64,000 bases of DNA from Penicillus capitatus (taxonomy: Eukaryota > Plantae > Chlorophyta): NCBI GenBank assembly GCA_965649825.1, contig OZ287695.1:911081-975080 (forward strand), given 5' to 3'. Both the position numbers and the translations under genes were made by a program. This document shows, one piece after another, positions 50,214-62,489 of this stretch. Each line of letters starts with the position of its first letter. The stretch's first letter is position 1. Under the pieces are notes generated by a model. That model was not told the origin of the DNA and did no database searches. It worked only from the letters and a program-made list of their open reading frames with translations.

Positions 50214-51194
50214 TCATTTCTCCACCGGGAGATTAGGATCTTGTGCCCACGATTTCCATGAATCTGCATAGTTCTTCACATTTTCGTAGCCGGCCCACTG
50301 AAAAACAGAATAGAGAAAGGCGGCGCGGATGCCTCTGGTGCAGTAGATGACGATGTCATCATCTGTGTCCTGTGCACCGAGATCTTCGAATTCTCGCGTG
50401 AGGTTTTGGATGGGTTTGAGATTGCCGGAGTTGTCTGGATCGAATACCCATTTCCAACGATAATGCATGGCTGTAGGGATGTGACCCCCACGTGAAGAGC
50501 CATACGGTGTATCCCCAATGTACTCGTTCTCAGCCCTGGCGTCCACGATCGTGACATCTGCATTGTTGTTCAACAGATTCTCAATCTCGGCTGCCGAGGC
50601 ATAGCGTTCAGGTACAGGACGAGCGACAAAGTCTCCGGGCCCGTTACGGCCCCGTCCGGTGAATGCTGTTTCTGTCCAGGCAAAGATGCCGCCGTACAGA
50701 ATGTAAGCCTGCGTGTGGTTCAGCCAGTCCAGCTGCCAGAAAATACGTCCTTCCTCGCCCCACCCCTCTTTCCATATACCGAACACAACAACGGGGACAT
50801 CATTCGAGACGCCTCGATCGCGAAAGAGCTGTTGGATGTCGTCGACAGACTTGAGCTCTCCACCATCGGTGAAGTCTTGCCAAGGCGAGATGCGAGCACC
50901 TGTGCGGTATTTGAAGTAGACACGGACAACATGGGCGGTATCTCTACCTTCGATGCTGCTCCCATGACCCGGTCTCATGTGCTTGAGCAATGCACTGTCG
51001 CGTGTTCGGGCATCGAGCACAGTGGCGCCCGTTTCGGAATTGAGCAGTTGTTCGAGTTCTTCAGCATGAATGAAGATCTTGCGTTCGGCTGTTGGTATCT
51101 CTCTGAGGTCGTAGTCAGGGTCTGAAGCTCTTAGTGACACGAACCATACGATAGAGAAGACAGCGAAGAGGAGGAGCAAAAGAGTGACGATCAA
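50214..51194 (-). CDS. Two-domain rhodanese / sulfurtransferase, intronless, with N-terminal TM or signal
   Basis: Single 326-aa ORF; VLDAR, GWGEEGRIFW, IVDARAENEY, RGGHIP, active-site loop YCTRGIRA. Confidence 0.9.
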   Translation of the reverse strand: MIVTLLLLLFAVFSIVWFVSLRASDPDYDLREIPTAERKIFIHAEELEQLLNSETGATVLDARTRDSALLKHMRPGHGSSIEGRDTAHVVRVYFKYRTGARISPWQDFTDGGELKSVDDIQQLFRDRGVSNDVPVVVFGIWKEGWGEEGRIFWQLDWLNHTQAYILYGGIFAWTETAFTGRGRNGPGDFVARPVPERYASAAEIENLLNNNADVTIVDARAENEYIGDTPYGSSRGGHIPTAMHYRWKWVFDPDNSGNLKPIQNLTREFEDLGAQDTDDDIVIYCTRGIRAAFLYSVFQWAGYENVKNYADSWKSWAQDPNLPVEK

Positions 51195-51346
51195 ACACAG
51201 ACAGCGCAGTCTTTTCTTGAACGGCCTGCGGAACAGAACTCGCGACAGAATAGAGACCCCGCGCGTCGCTTACGTGCAGAGACACATGTTGACAACAAAA
51301 CTGAACGCATCGCGTCATGCTTTAGACGAATATCAAAACCATGACG

Positions 51347-52289
51347 TTATGTCGTCGATGATTCGACAGGGAGATGCAGACTGGCAGCGTATTCGAAAAA
51401 GGATCCGGCGTAATTCGCGACGTTCCGGAATCCGATCGACTTGAGCACGGCGTAGAGAAAAGCGGAACGAATACCGCAAGCACAGTAGACGATGATGCGT
51501 TTCTCCGGTAAGATCCCTGCCTCACTCAGCGCAGTCCGAAGCATATCATAAGGAAGCATCTCAGGACCTTGCATCCCGCTAAAAACATTGCGCCTGCAGA
51601 CGGGAGAGCCTGAGAGAGAGAGACGCGATGCGATTTGGTCGAGTACCAATCGTAATGTATGGCTGTGGGAATGTGTCCGTGTCGTTTGTATCTGAGATCA
51701 TCGACGCCGTTGAACTCATCGAGCGTACGTGTGTCGACGATTGTGACCGCATGTGTTTGCAGCGCTGCTTGTTGGATGTCATCGCAAGTGGCAAGGCATT
51801 CGAGACGTAGCACTGCAGTCAGATCTCCTTTCCCAAGGCGTCCTCGTCCACTGAGGCCTGACTGCAGCCAAGCACCGATACCGCCCGCCAGAATGCGCGT
51901 GTGCTTGTGGCCGAGGTAATCCAGTTGCCAGTAGATGCGTGCCTCGTCGCCGTCTCCATGATGCCAACGGCCAAAGACGACCACGGGGACGTCATTGCAA
52001 ACCCCGTATTCCCGAAAGAGATCAATCATGTCGCTGGTCGACTTCATCTGCGTCAGTGGTGGTGGGTCCTTTAGGAACGCTTCCCAAGAACAACGAATGG
52101 ATCCTTCGGTATCATTGAAATGGAGGGGCCCACTGCGGGTATCCGGTTACCTGGTATCGTCCCGCTGAAACCGGGTTCGTCTCCCGAATGCCTGAAATCG
52201 GCGTGACGGGCGTCAAGAATGGTCACGCCGACGTCGGAATGCATGAGTCGATGGAGATCGGCAGGAGTGACAAAGACGTCGTCGTTCAT
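51347..52289 (-). CDS. Two-domain rhodanese / sulfurtransferase, intron-containing paralogue
   Basis: ILDAR, GDEARIYWQLDYLGH, IVDTRTLDEF, RHGHIP, active-site loop YCACGIRS; two apparent introns. Confidence 0.85.
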
Positions 52290-52784
52290 TTGGCAGCATT
52301 GGCAGCGCCATTCTCGCCTTCGACTAAGAAGCGACTGGGGTCCACGTCGCTTAGAAAATACTGAAGTTCCTAACCAACGTAGAATCTGGATGCGTGTTTC
52401 GTGCGACATGATCGCCGACCAGAGTGTGTATCGATAATGCGTACATCATGCTTGAACAAATGAAACACTAGACGAGAAGTTTGAAAGAGGAACACTGCGT
52501 ACCAGCCACCGAGGCACTTTCACGTATCAGTGGAGAATGGGACATTGCGATGCATTTGGCGAAGAGCGAGTATTATTCAAAAAACTTGCGATGTGTGCTT
52601 GACCTTGCGATGCATGCTAGCTTCGAACAGGAAGCATACACCCAAGAAGGAGATACATCAGCGGTTTCTTTCCTCCAACGTCTAACGGTCGCTGAGACGC
52701 TGCAAAGAAGCAAGTGCGTAAATGGCAATTACCCACATTACTTAAGCGCCCGCCATTGCTGCAGAACGCATTTTAGCCTTGAGT

Positions 52785-55575
52785 ATGAAACGGTTTTGTG
52801 TTTCGCGTTACCGTTTCCGCTTTCGGTTTTCGTTACTGCTTCTCGTGCACCTCCACCTAGCAAAATGTCAAGAAAAAGAAGGTACTGTCACCCAGGTTGG
52901 CATTTCCGATGCGGATATGTCCTTTAACGGTTCAGGAGCATCGGCCTCTGAGCCACGAGTCACTTCCTATATCATCGTGAGTTTGTATAGCGTGCATTAG
53001 TTCAAGTTTCACGCCCGTTTTTCTCATAGGGAGAAGAAGCACCTGAGGAACGGTTCCCTTACGTTTGCAGTCTCTCAAGACGCGAAGATGGAATCCACCG
53101 CTGCGGTGGAACACTCATTCGACAACAGTGGATCGTCACAGCGGCACACTGCGTCGACCCCGCCTATCCAAATAGCATCGGCAGAAATCCCCTTATCCGT
53201 TGCGGTATTCACAGGCTCGACTCAAGTGATCCCGGCAAGGTAACCTATTCGCGGCCATTCACTTTCCTACCAAGATGGAAGCTGCTAGCTGTTCAGCGGA
53301 GAGGAGAGTCACTGGCCCGAGTCTTGGACCGGCGACGTGAAGGACGGATACGACATCGCAATCGTCAAACTAAACAGAGAAGCGAACCTCAAATTGCCGT
53401 CGATAGACACTCAGGCAGGCGAATTCCGCCCAGGCAAAATATTCACTGCACTCGGTTGGGGACGGAACAAGACTGGGCACTTTCCAACCTCTCTACACAT
53501 GGCAGACAGCCTTGTGTATGTGAGTAATGACCAGTGCAAAGAATCTCTGAAAGACGCCGTCAAGACGCATTCGATTTGTGCTGGATTCTCGGAGGAGAAT
53601 GAGAACACATGCAAAGGTTCAATGATTGCTTGCGGGCATAACTTTCTTCTAAGACTCTTCTGCTGAAGGTGATTCTGGCGGTCCACTGTTGATTCCTAAC
53701 AGTTTTGGAGTCTACACAGCAGCTGGAAACCCAGAATTCGACCTGCTTGTCGGCGTGACATCCATGGGATCCAAGAATTGCTCCGATGGATCTCCTTCCA
53801 TCTATACAAGTATCGGTGCATTCTGGGATTGGATTCTAAAAGAAATTGGCAAAGAAGATGTAAATTCTTCACCAAATCTCTTGTTCTGTCCTGATCGCTT
53901 TGTGCAGGTGCCAGACCCATCAGAAGAACCTTCACCAACTGTTATGCCATTTTCAGAGGCAGATGAAGTCGCAGATGATGAACTGAAAGAGGAGTTGGAA
54001 CAGCAAGAACTTGAAGAATGGCGCAAAGAGATAAGAGGACTCTCGCAAGAACAGTTGATCAAGGTTGCATTAATAATGAAGATCGTTGCGAATCGACAGA
54101 CGGCTTTGTAGGAAGCGTATCGCTGCATAAAGGATGACGATGCCCTTAGGCTAGAAGCTGCATTCCTGGAAGGACTGGATCCAGATTCTTTCTACAAGAC
54201 CTTTCTTCAGATGCCATGGGGGAGTGAATGGGACCGCCTTGCGTTATTGCACTGGTCGGCAGTTTACAATGCGTCAGAAAGCACCGAGGTAGCACTCTCA
54301 TTCGAGTCCACTCTGGACTACAGAGTCTATATGATTCCCTTCTGTCTACTAAATCCTTGTACTCATACTTTGAAGGTTCTTCTAGAATATAACGCAACCG
54401 TTGACAAGCTCAACAGCATCAAAGAGACTCCTTTGCATCTGGCGGCTGGAAAAGGACACGCCAAGGTAGCAAAGGTAAATCTACAAAACAAGCTTCATCG
54501 TCTGCTTCGACGTCCATACTCAGATTCTCCTCGACCACGGTGCCGACGTTAAACTGGAACTGGTTGATAGATGGACTGCTCTGCATCTGGCAGCCCGTTA
54601 CGCAGACGCCGAAATGGTGGAGGTTTGTATCCCGTGCACTTCGTTGCCTCATCGACAGACAGCCTCGGTTGACTGCCAGATCCTCCTCGAGCACGGAGCC
54701 GACGTTAACCTGAAATTGGCTAACGGATGGACTGCTCTGCATCAGGCAGCCCGTTACTCAGACGCCGAAATGGTGGAGGTTTGTATCCCGTGCACTTCGT
54801 TGCCTCATCGACAGACAGCTTCTGTCGACTGCCAGGTCCTTCTCGAGCACGGAGCCGACGTTAAACTGGAATTGGTTAATGGATGGACTGCTCTGCATCA
54901 GGCAGCCCGTTACGCAGACGCCGAAATGGTGGAGGTTTGTATCCCGTGCACTTCGTTGCCTCATCGACAGACAGCTTCTGTCGACTGCCAGGTCCTCCTC
55001 GAGCACGGAGCCGACGTTAACCTGAAATTGGTTGATGGATGGACTGCTCTGCATCTGGCAGCCCGTTACTCAGACGCTGAAATGGTGGAGGTTTGTATCC
55101 CGTGCACTTTGTTGCCTGCCTCGTTGACAGACAGCTTCTGTCGACTGCCAGGTCCTTCTCGAGCACGGAGCGGACGTCGACGACGTAACCGCTTACGAAC
55201 AGACACCACTTCACCTTGCTGCGTCCGGAGGGAACCTTGAAGTCGTGAAGGTATACTTCTAATCTAACGCCGTTCTCCATTTTTCCTGTTGCAGTTGTTG
55301 ATCGCAGAAAATGTCTTTCTCAACGCAACAGATGTGGATGGAGATACTCCGCTTCACTATGCAGCAGAGGATGGCGAGTCAGAGACGGCAAAGGCGAGTC
55401 AGAGACAGCATTTTACAGTTTCATGATGCATTTCCAGGTTCTGGTGGATGCCGGGGCCTCGAAGACGATAACCAGCGATAGCGGAGACACGCCTTTTGAC
55501 GTTATTTGCACTGAAACTGACACTAAATGTTCTGCAGCGAAACGGTCCTCTCTTAAGAGACTCTTGCGACCATAA
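52785..55575 (+). CDS. Secreted S1 serine protease-ankyrin repeat fusion protein, paralogue 4 (7 repeat exons)
   Basis: Signal peptide [28 protein letters not shown]; [17 protein letters not shown]|DSGGP; junction intron 54064-54111; stop TAA at 55573-55575. Confidence 0.88.
54530..55155 (+). repeat. Four tandem ~156-bp ankyrin exon+intron units
   Basis: 99-nt exon + 57-nt intron (gtttgtatcccgtgcact...gactgccag) repeated; visible as the 52-aa period of ORF 54614-55240. Confidence 0.92.
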
Positions 55576-56230
55576 GGGGCCGTCTAATGAAGCACTCGGC
55601 TGTAAACCATATCATCTGGATAACTGTCTAGTCTTTAGTTGATCTAACAATACTTAATATTCTGAAAGAAACATTCCTGAAAAGTTCGAATGGAGGAAGA
55701 GTCGACTGATTGCTTTCTTGTATGCAAGAGGAGAGAGGTCACTAGGACCGTGGCTTCTGTTATTGATTGTCGACGATTGACGAACTCAATGCATTTGATT
55801 GAGAATCTCAGGTCAGAAACTGAAACATCAAAGGCATTTCAACATCATCTGTTGTTTGATGACAATAGCGACATTCTCACTCTTTCTGTCTATCAGTGAC
55901 ATTTCGTATCGAAGCACATTATTCACCTTTGTTGTGGGAATGAGTTAGCGGCATGTATCCAGAGTTTAGCAATATCTTCACTTTTGCTCACACTGTAAAG
56001 CCTGAACTCGCATTCGATTGGGATTGGCGATTGATTTAGGCTACGACCAAGTCTCTAGGCATCTTTCCAAAGGAATGTATCTCGACGGCGCGATTCGCGT
56101 GATCCTGAATAGGTGAGAGAAGAATACACGGAGAGGAACCCGCAGTCTGTTTCACATTGACTTAAGAAAATAAGCGTGTGTACAAAACTGTCGGATTTTT
56201 CCACAAGAAAACCAAACATCGATTGCGAAA

Positions 56231-58399
56231 TCAGATCCCCAACACACTTGTGGTGGATTCGATCAGGGGAATCGCCAGGAACTTCACCACGACCAACGTG
56301 ACTGTGATGCAGGCCACTGGAAATAGCACCACACGCATGCACGTGAAATGAGATGATCATTTGAGGAGTAGGTTTACTTGCGAAGAGGGAGGCGTTACGT
56401 CGAACAATGAACAGTGCTTGAGTGGCGCTGATTTCTCCTGCGTTGTATCGGTAGCCGAAGTCTTTTGAGACCACCAGCTTTGGAAACATTTGGCGCAGTT
56501 TCAGTGTCACATTTTTGTACACCCAGCCGACGAAGTAATCAGCGAAGTCTGCCGGTGGGTAGTGAAACTGCTCAAAAGCCATAGCCTACACCACAGCACC
56601 GACATCAATTTCAACAATGAGAACAAGGGTAACCTGTTGCGCTTGTTGCAGGGCGCGCATTTCATCCCATCGCTGATCATGAAACGCCTTTCCTACTGCT
56701 TCGACATCTCCGTCTGCCGCCTTCAGAGCATCGCCGAGTACTTTTGCGTCAAAGATGGCCGAGTTGGCTCTGCAGAATTCGCGTCAGGTCTGCGTCAGGT
56801 GCAGATCAGGAACAAACCCGATCCCGATATTTGGACTGAAGCTATGGGCAGCGTCCCCAAGAAGAACTGTCGAGGGACCGTACATCTTGGACACGAGAAT
56901 GACGTCAGCATTCCTCGTCATGGGAGCCGTCTTCAACTGGTCGGCGATCTCTGTGATCCACTCCTGAAACCCGTCGAGATCGCAATGCAGGCGCTGTGAA
57001 AACGTCATACCTGCGGAAAGTAGGGAGGTGCGACATCTCTCAGCCACTGGCGTTCCTTTCCTTCGATGGCTTTGTATGTCTCTACATTCATTGAAATCGA
57101 TGCGTTCATCATGGTCTCTTCTGATTGATACACAACAAGCACTATTAATTCACCCATTCCCCTCGTCACAGGAGATCTGCGACTCAGTCCTCCCATCAAA
57201 ATGAATCCAGGTTTCACAGATTCAGACACCGAATCTGCAAGACATGATGGTGTTTAATCGCAGCGCAGGTCTGGTGGAAGCCACTACCTCCGTCCAAGAA
57301 AGGAAGGTTACGAATTGACTTGTACCCTCTTTTGGAGCGATAACGCTTAGTCACTATGGACTCGCCGAGTTTCTCCATCTCCTGTCGAACGACTGAATTG
57401 TAGCCGTCAGCCCCGACGAGCAAATCATAGCACATGGCGATGTCTTCGCCCTTGGCGTCTTCAAAGAAAACAGTCTTTGCTTCAAAGTCAATCCTCTGAC
57501 GAAGCACCTCGGGATCAGAGGTATGAGAGAAGGGAGAAGCAATACGTGCCTTGCAGCTGCAGTTGTAGTGGAAGGTGATCTGATCTTTGAACTTGTCCTC
57601 TGCGTCTCTCAGAATCAGCTCAGCAATGCTTTGCCTTTCTCCCATATAGACTCTTCTCGGATTATCTGGCGGCCCGATCTTCACATTTTCCAATCCAAGT
57701 GCAACAAAGCCTGCACTTCATCAACACACTCAAGACTGTTTCCCGTGCCATGAGCAAAAGTTGAACCACGGAGCGCGTGAACGCCGGATTTGAAACCTTC
57801 TTCGGGAAACTCGACACCGACATCTCGCATGGCATCCACGGCGTACGACTGCAAGCTAAGGAGGTTCGCACGAGTGCGGGGATAGGGATTCTCTCGCGGA
57901 TCGTTTCGTTTCTCGAACACCTGCTCAGCGCAGTTCCTCGTCTGCACGCCGACAGACCTGACACGGAAGTGTGACCTTGACGGAGAATCCTTCTCTTGCG
58001 AGATAGAGTGCCGTCACCGTGCCTGCAGGTCCGGCCCCGATCACCAGTGCTGTCTTTCCACGATATCTGAGAGAGCTGCCAGCCGGTAGCCTGGATCCAG
58101 ACAGCTCGGTCTGATCGGCACATGCTGATGGCTCACTCGTCGCTGGATGGATGGCTCTCATCTCGGGTCACCGTTTCGTCGGTAACAGCACCTGTTGCGT
58201 TCATCGATTGCCTAAAGCTGTCTGTGTGCCCTTCGAGTTTGCTTCGGGAACGGTCGAACGCAGTGTGCTTCGTCGAGATGCGACGCTGCGGCGTTTGGCG
58301 CTCGACGCCGTTCGAAGCTCTCCTACCAAAGCCATACGTCGCCGCAGAAACCGCACAGCGCCGAGGAGTCGAATGTCTGCAGGCTAGCAGCTGGGACAT
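56231..58399 (-). CDS. FAD-dependent monooxygenase (kynurenine 3-monooxygenase-like family) with transit-like N-terminus and C-terminal TM; end uncertain
   Basis: VIGAGPAG dinucleotide fold, LVGADGYNSVVR (DG motif), VLLGDAAHSFSPNIG (GD motif). Confidence 0.8.
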
Positions 58400-58559
58400 A
58401 TTAACGACTGTCTGCTAATGGAAATTTGTGGCGGGTATTCGCGATGTACGGAATTCTCTGCAATTTGCTCTCGACAGACTGCGTGGTGATGTATTCTCTT
58501 TGACTGCATCAGTCTCGCCCGCCGGCGAACCATTATACGTTTGGACGAGAGATGGCGTA

Positions 58560-60750
58560 GACTCGACGCTCTTCTGTGAACCTCATTCTTAGCCGAAAAT
58601 TGAAGATACTGCCCGAAGCGCAGTTCAGATTTCGAAAACACAGATCGACACTGCAACCTCTATGGAGACTCACAACCGATGCGATGGATGCCATAAATCG
58701 AAGACAAAGAATGCTGGCGATCAGTTTTGATTTGGAAGGGGCATACGATCGAGTCTGTCTAACCATCCTTTGGAAGAAGCTACATGATGCACACTTTCCG
58801 GCTTATTTGCTCCGCATTCTCTGGAACATGACACACAAGCGATCGGCGCTGATAAGTTCACAAAGAGAATAACATCAGTTTAGACCGGAACGAGGACTGG
58901 TCCAGGGAAGCCCCCTCGGCCCTATCCTATATGCCATCTACCCAAAAGACATTGCAGAGGAAATTCCCCCAGAGGTACACCCGCTCTTGTATGCAGACGA
59001 TTTGTTGATCTACACCCTGGACACTGACGACAATCGTAGACGACTGCAGCAAGCCATTGGCACTAACGAAGCATGGTGCTCCAAGCACGGAATGCAACTG
59101 AACGCTTCGAAGACTCAGGCCATTATCTTCCGACGCAACTTTGACTCTTCTACTCCTCCCTCAAGTGTCCTTGGAGAAAACATCACATATCGGCCAAAAA
59201 TGAAGTACTTGGGCGTCCTACTTGACTCGAAACTCTATTTCGATCACCACATGCAGGAAAGGGTCACCAAGAGCTTACAACGATTGAACACAATTCGAAG
59301 ATTAACTCGTGTCCACTGGGGCGCCCAGCCAGGAATTATTCGGAGACTCTTTCTTCAATGTGTCCAACCAATGATACTATACGCAAGTCCGATATGGGCC
59401 CATCGTGTGAGAATTCTCTCTGACCAAAAAGCGCTGGACCGTACTACCAGACATGCCGGAATCGCAATCGGCGGAGTACTCGCCACAGCTTCACTGGAAG
59501 CAGTCACTCAACTTGCACATCTACATCCTCTATCAGACCTCGCCATGTGGACGCTAGTGATTCACGCCGCCTCGTCGACAGCGCTGGCTGAGGATTTCAA
59601 TCGATCCTCTTCCGGAGGAGGAGAATTCCTCTTTTACATGGTGCGCTCTTAGAGCATGTTCCATGGTTCTGTGCATTTACTTACAGTGGCATTCACATTT
59701 ACCACCCGACGCCCATTGTCAATTCACCGTTCAATCGTTCAATTAGGAGACTCGTGCTTCCATCCGTCGCTTCACATGTCTCACAGCGTCTGCGACGATT
59801 CGTCGTCCACCTCACGTCTAACCGCATGCTCCGGTCTGGACTTGACCCGCGTCTTTTTAATTGCCCAATCTTCCGATTTTCTTGATCATGATGAGTCGCC
59901 GCTTCACCCTCCGGCCAGTCACTATCACCCGAGTGACTCACGGGGCGCCTCGGCGGGATTCGAACCCACGCCTCTTGAGAAAACCTCAAGTGTGCCAACC
60001 ATTACACCACGAGGGCGATCCTCTTCCGGAGCTATTCACCTTACGTCTACGGACTTCCTTAGAGCTGAGTTAATGCGTATCCAGAAATCCCAGTTACCAT
60101 TAGACAGAAATGGCTCTGTCGAGACGATTTCAATACTTATCAAAACTCGGTTAGGACGACGACGATTCAAACAACAGACGTGGCAGTTCTATGAATAGCA
60201 AGCTTCAAGACAATGGCACAACAGTGACCGGGGTACTCTCTTGAAACAATTGAACTGTAAATATTGTATCCACCAACGTCCATGGTTCCAAGATCTGAGC
60301 TGGACCATGGCAAGTATCTCACACATCAATCAATTACTCTCGGGACATCTCCCAACGTTAGAATACCTACGAAACAAGGAAATCGAGATAGACACCGGAC
60401 GGATTATGCAGAGGGTGTGGGAAGCAAAGAGAAGCAATGGATCACCTTCTCCAGTGCGAATCCTTGAGAGAGAAACGAAGACAGCTGTTCTACCAAGACG
60501 ATCCGCCAATTAATGAACTAGTAGGAACGCTGGTCCAAGAAGCCCGACTTTACTTTCGTTTTGCAGCATTCTGCAAAGACATCTTCCGTATACTCAGGAG
60601 AGAAGCAAAATGAAACAACTGTCTCGAACCGAGCCTGCATGTACTTTTAAAACAACGTAATGCACACAAACAGTAAGAACCTAACCAATTATGTACGAAC
60701 CACCAGGAGAACATGGGCGATATGCCACTGGCGAAGCCCCTCCTGGATTT
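58560..60750 (+). mobile_element. 5'-truncated, decayed non-LTR retrotransposon (LINE) ORF2 with reverse transcriptase; interrupted by a SINE
   Basis: QFRFRKHRST, SFDLEGAYDRV, QGSPLGPILY, YADD, KYLGV, LYASPIW, late QLLSGH; in-frame stops at 58870 and 60196. Confidence 0.9.
59618..60015 (-). mobile_element. tRNA-derived SINE (398 bp) flanked by a 16-bp target-site duplication
   Basis: A box TGGTGTAATGG and B box GGTTCGAATCC in a cloverleaf-like head at ~59946-60017; cgatcctcttccggag at 59602-59617 and 60016-60031. Confidence 0.85.
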
Positions 60751-62099
60751 AAAAATCTCTCCCGACGCTCTTCTGTCGCGCGAGAGCCCTTAGCTTCTTC
60801 TAGTCTAAAATGTCGTCGTTTTGTCTTTCCAGTGGCACTTCGGGGCCGCTGCTGCTTTCAAGGTCGTTTAAGCGGCACTGTTTTAGCCATCTGATGATGC
60901 AGGTGAGCTTATTAAACACCCTCGTCTGCATTCGAGTTTGTTGCGCAGGGCTGAGACGAGGTTAACGATGGTATCCTGCCGAAATATGTTTTCTGCGACT
61001 CTGCTCTTCCATTCTCGGCGGCAAGAATCGCTGTCCACTTTCCCGTTCATCCTTCTTGAAGCCGTCGGATGCTTTGAAAACCTGGTGTTAGTTCCGGAGA
61101 CACTCGACTATTATGGAACTGAGTGATAGTTGCATTTGACACTTCAATATGGTTGCCGAGAGCGAGACTCTGCAACGAGTAACGATTTTCAAAAAGCCAG
61201 GTCGAAAGTGTCGGCTTTCTTTTTATTCTCACGACCTCACAAGGGAAACGAGCGTTTCTGCAAAGTCTTTTTTCCATTACTGAACAGATAGACATGCCTC
61301 TCGTAGTGTAGAAGAGGCCACTCGACTTGATATTTGTTCGCCGACATGCAATACGTGTCGTAGAGGGAATCCGTTTCTCTGACGCGAGTCTGCATGAGGC
61401 AGTCATCTATCCACACGGAGTCGAAACGGCACGCGTCGGAGGACGCGAAAGTGGAAGAACGCTTTAGGAAAGGAGGGATGGTTCGTCCACTGTCGCCGAT
61501 AGCAGACGCTTGCCGATCACTAACAGAGCATCAGTCGATATGTGAAAACTGCCTTGGCGACTGAACGGCGCTTAAGCCAAAGCACGATGGATTGGGTAAA
61601 CAAACGGATCGTAAGAAAAACAGCATGCTTCAAACACTTTCTGTTCGATTTCAAGCATCCCATTTCAATCCTTGCTTATCAGATACGATTCCTTGATATG
61701 CGTTGCAAAAACTCCTTACGAGGGAAGTCTACTGTATGAGCTACATTTATACGCGACAAAGTGCCGAGAGTGCTTAGACCAAAATTGTTGGAAATGTAGC
61801 ATCCTATCCACTGTTCGTAGCCGTCTGAAGCGGTTCGTTTCAGGGTAACCACCTTTGGCGCGCTGTCCATCAGATGCGACGGGTGCTAACCTCCGAGCCG
61901 ATTTCTTCATAACAGTCGGGCGATGGTTTTCGAACGTGCCCTGAAGTTCGCGACTGATAGCTGTTGGGGTTAGGAAATCCACAACCATCGTGGGTATTTA
62001 AAGACCGACAATCCTCTTGTAATTATCCTGAGTTCTTGGTGCTATCTCTGAGCGTTCATTGCCATCGTCGTCGCGTCGTTTCGACTCGTGTTTTGTTTC

Positions 62100-62420
62100 T
62101 CGTTGTGCAGAAGATTCCCAACAAAAATACATCAGTCTAGTCCAGAAACCGCCGATATACCGAATTTCATCTAGTTGTTTATTGTTCGTCCATATATGCC
62201 TGACGTTTCGAACGACAAAAGAATCGTGGTCATCCTATTTTCCACGTTTCTTCATCCACAGCGCGTCTCTCGAAATCGCACTGGAGACCTCATAGAGGCA
62301 GGCCCATCTTGTCAGAGGTGGCGAGCACTTGATTTCCGAAAAGAGGCGCGACGAGGCGTTTAAAAGGGAAGAGAGACAGGCGTCGATGTGTTTGTTTCCT
62401 TGCTCCAAAAATCTTTGAAG
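62100..62420 (-). pseudogene. More decayed second copy of the LIMR fragment
   Basis: 62281-62420 aligns with 4690-4840 (gacgaggcgttt.aaaggga.agagaca..gtcgatgtgt...tccaa/gaaa); left boundary approximate. Confidence 0.55.
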
Positions 62421-62489
62421 CTCACGATTGGTTGGCTAACCATAGATGTCAAACTTCCGGATCTGCACGTGAGGCGGTTTAATGAAGTC

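Noticed and set aside
59946-60017. Functional tRNA gene
   Set aside because: Anticodon loop only 5 nt, bulged acceptor stem, and it forms the head of a TSD-flanked insertion
60900-62050. Several short ORFs after the LINE
   Set aside because: No recognisable domain or structure
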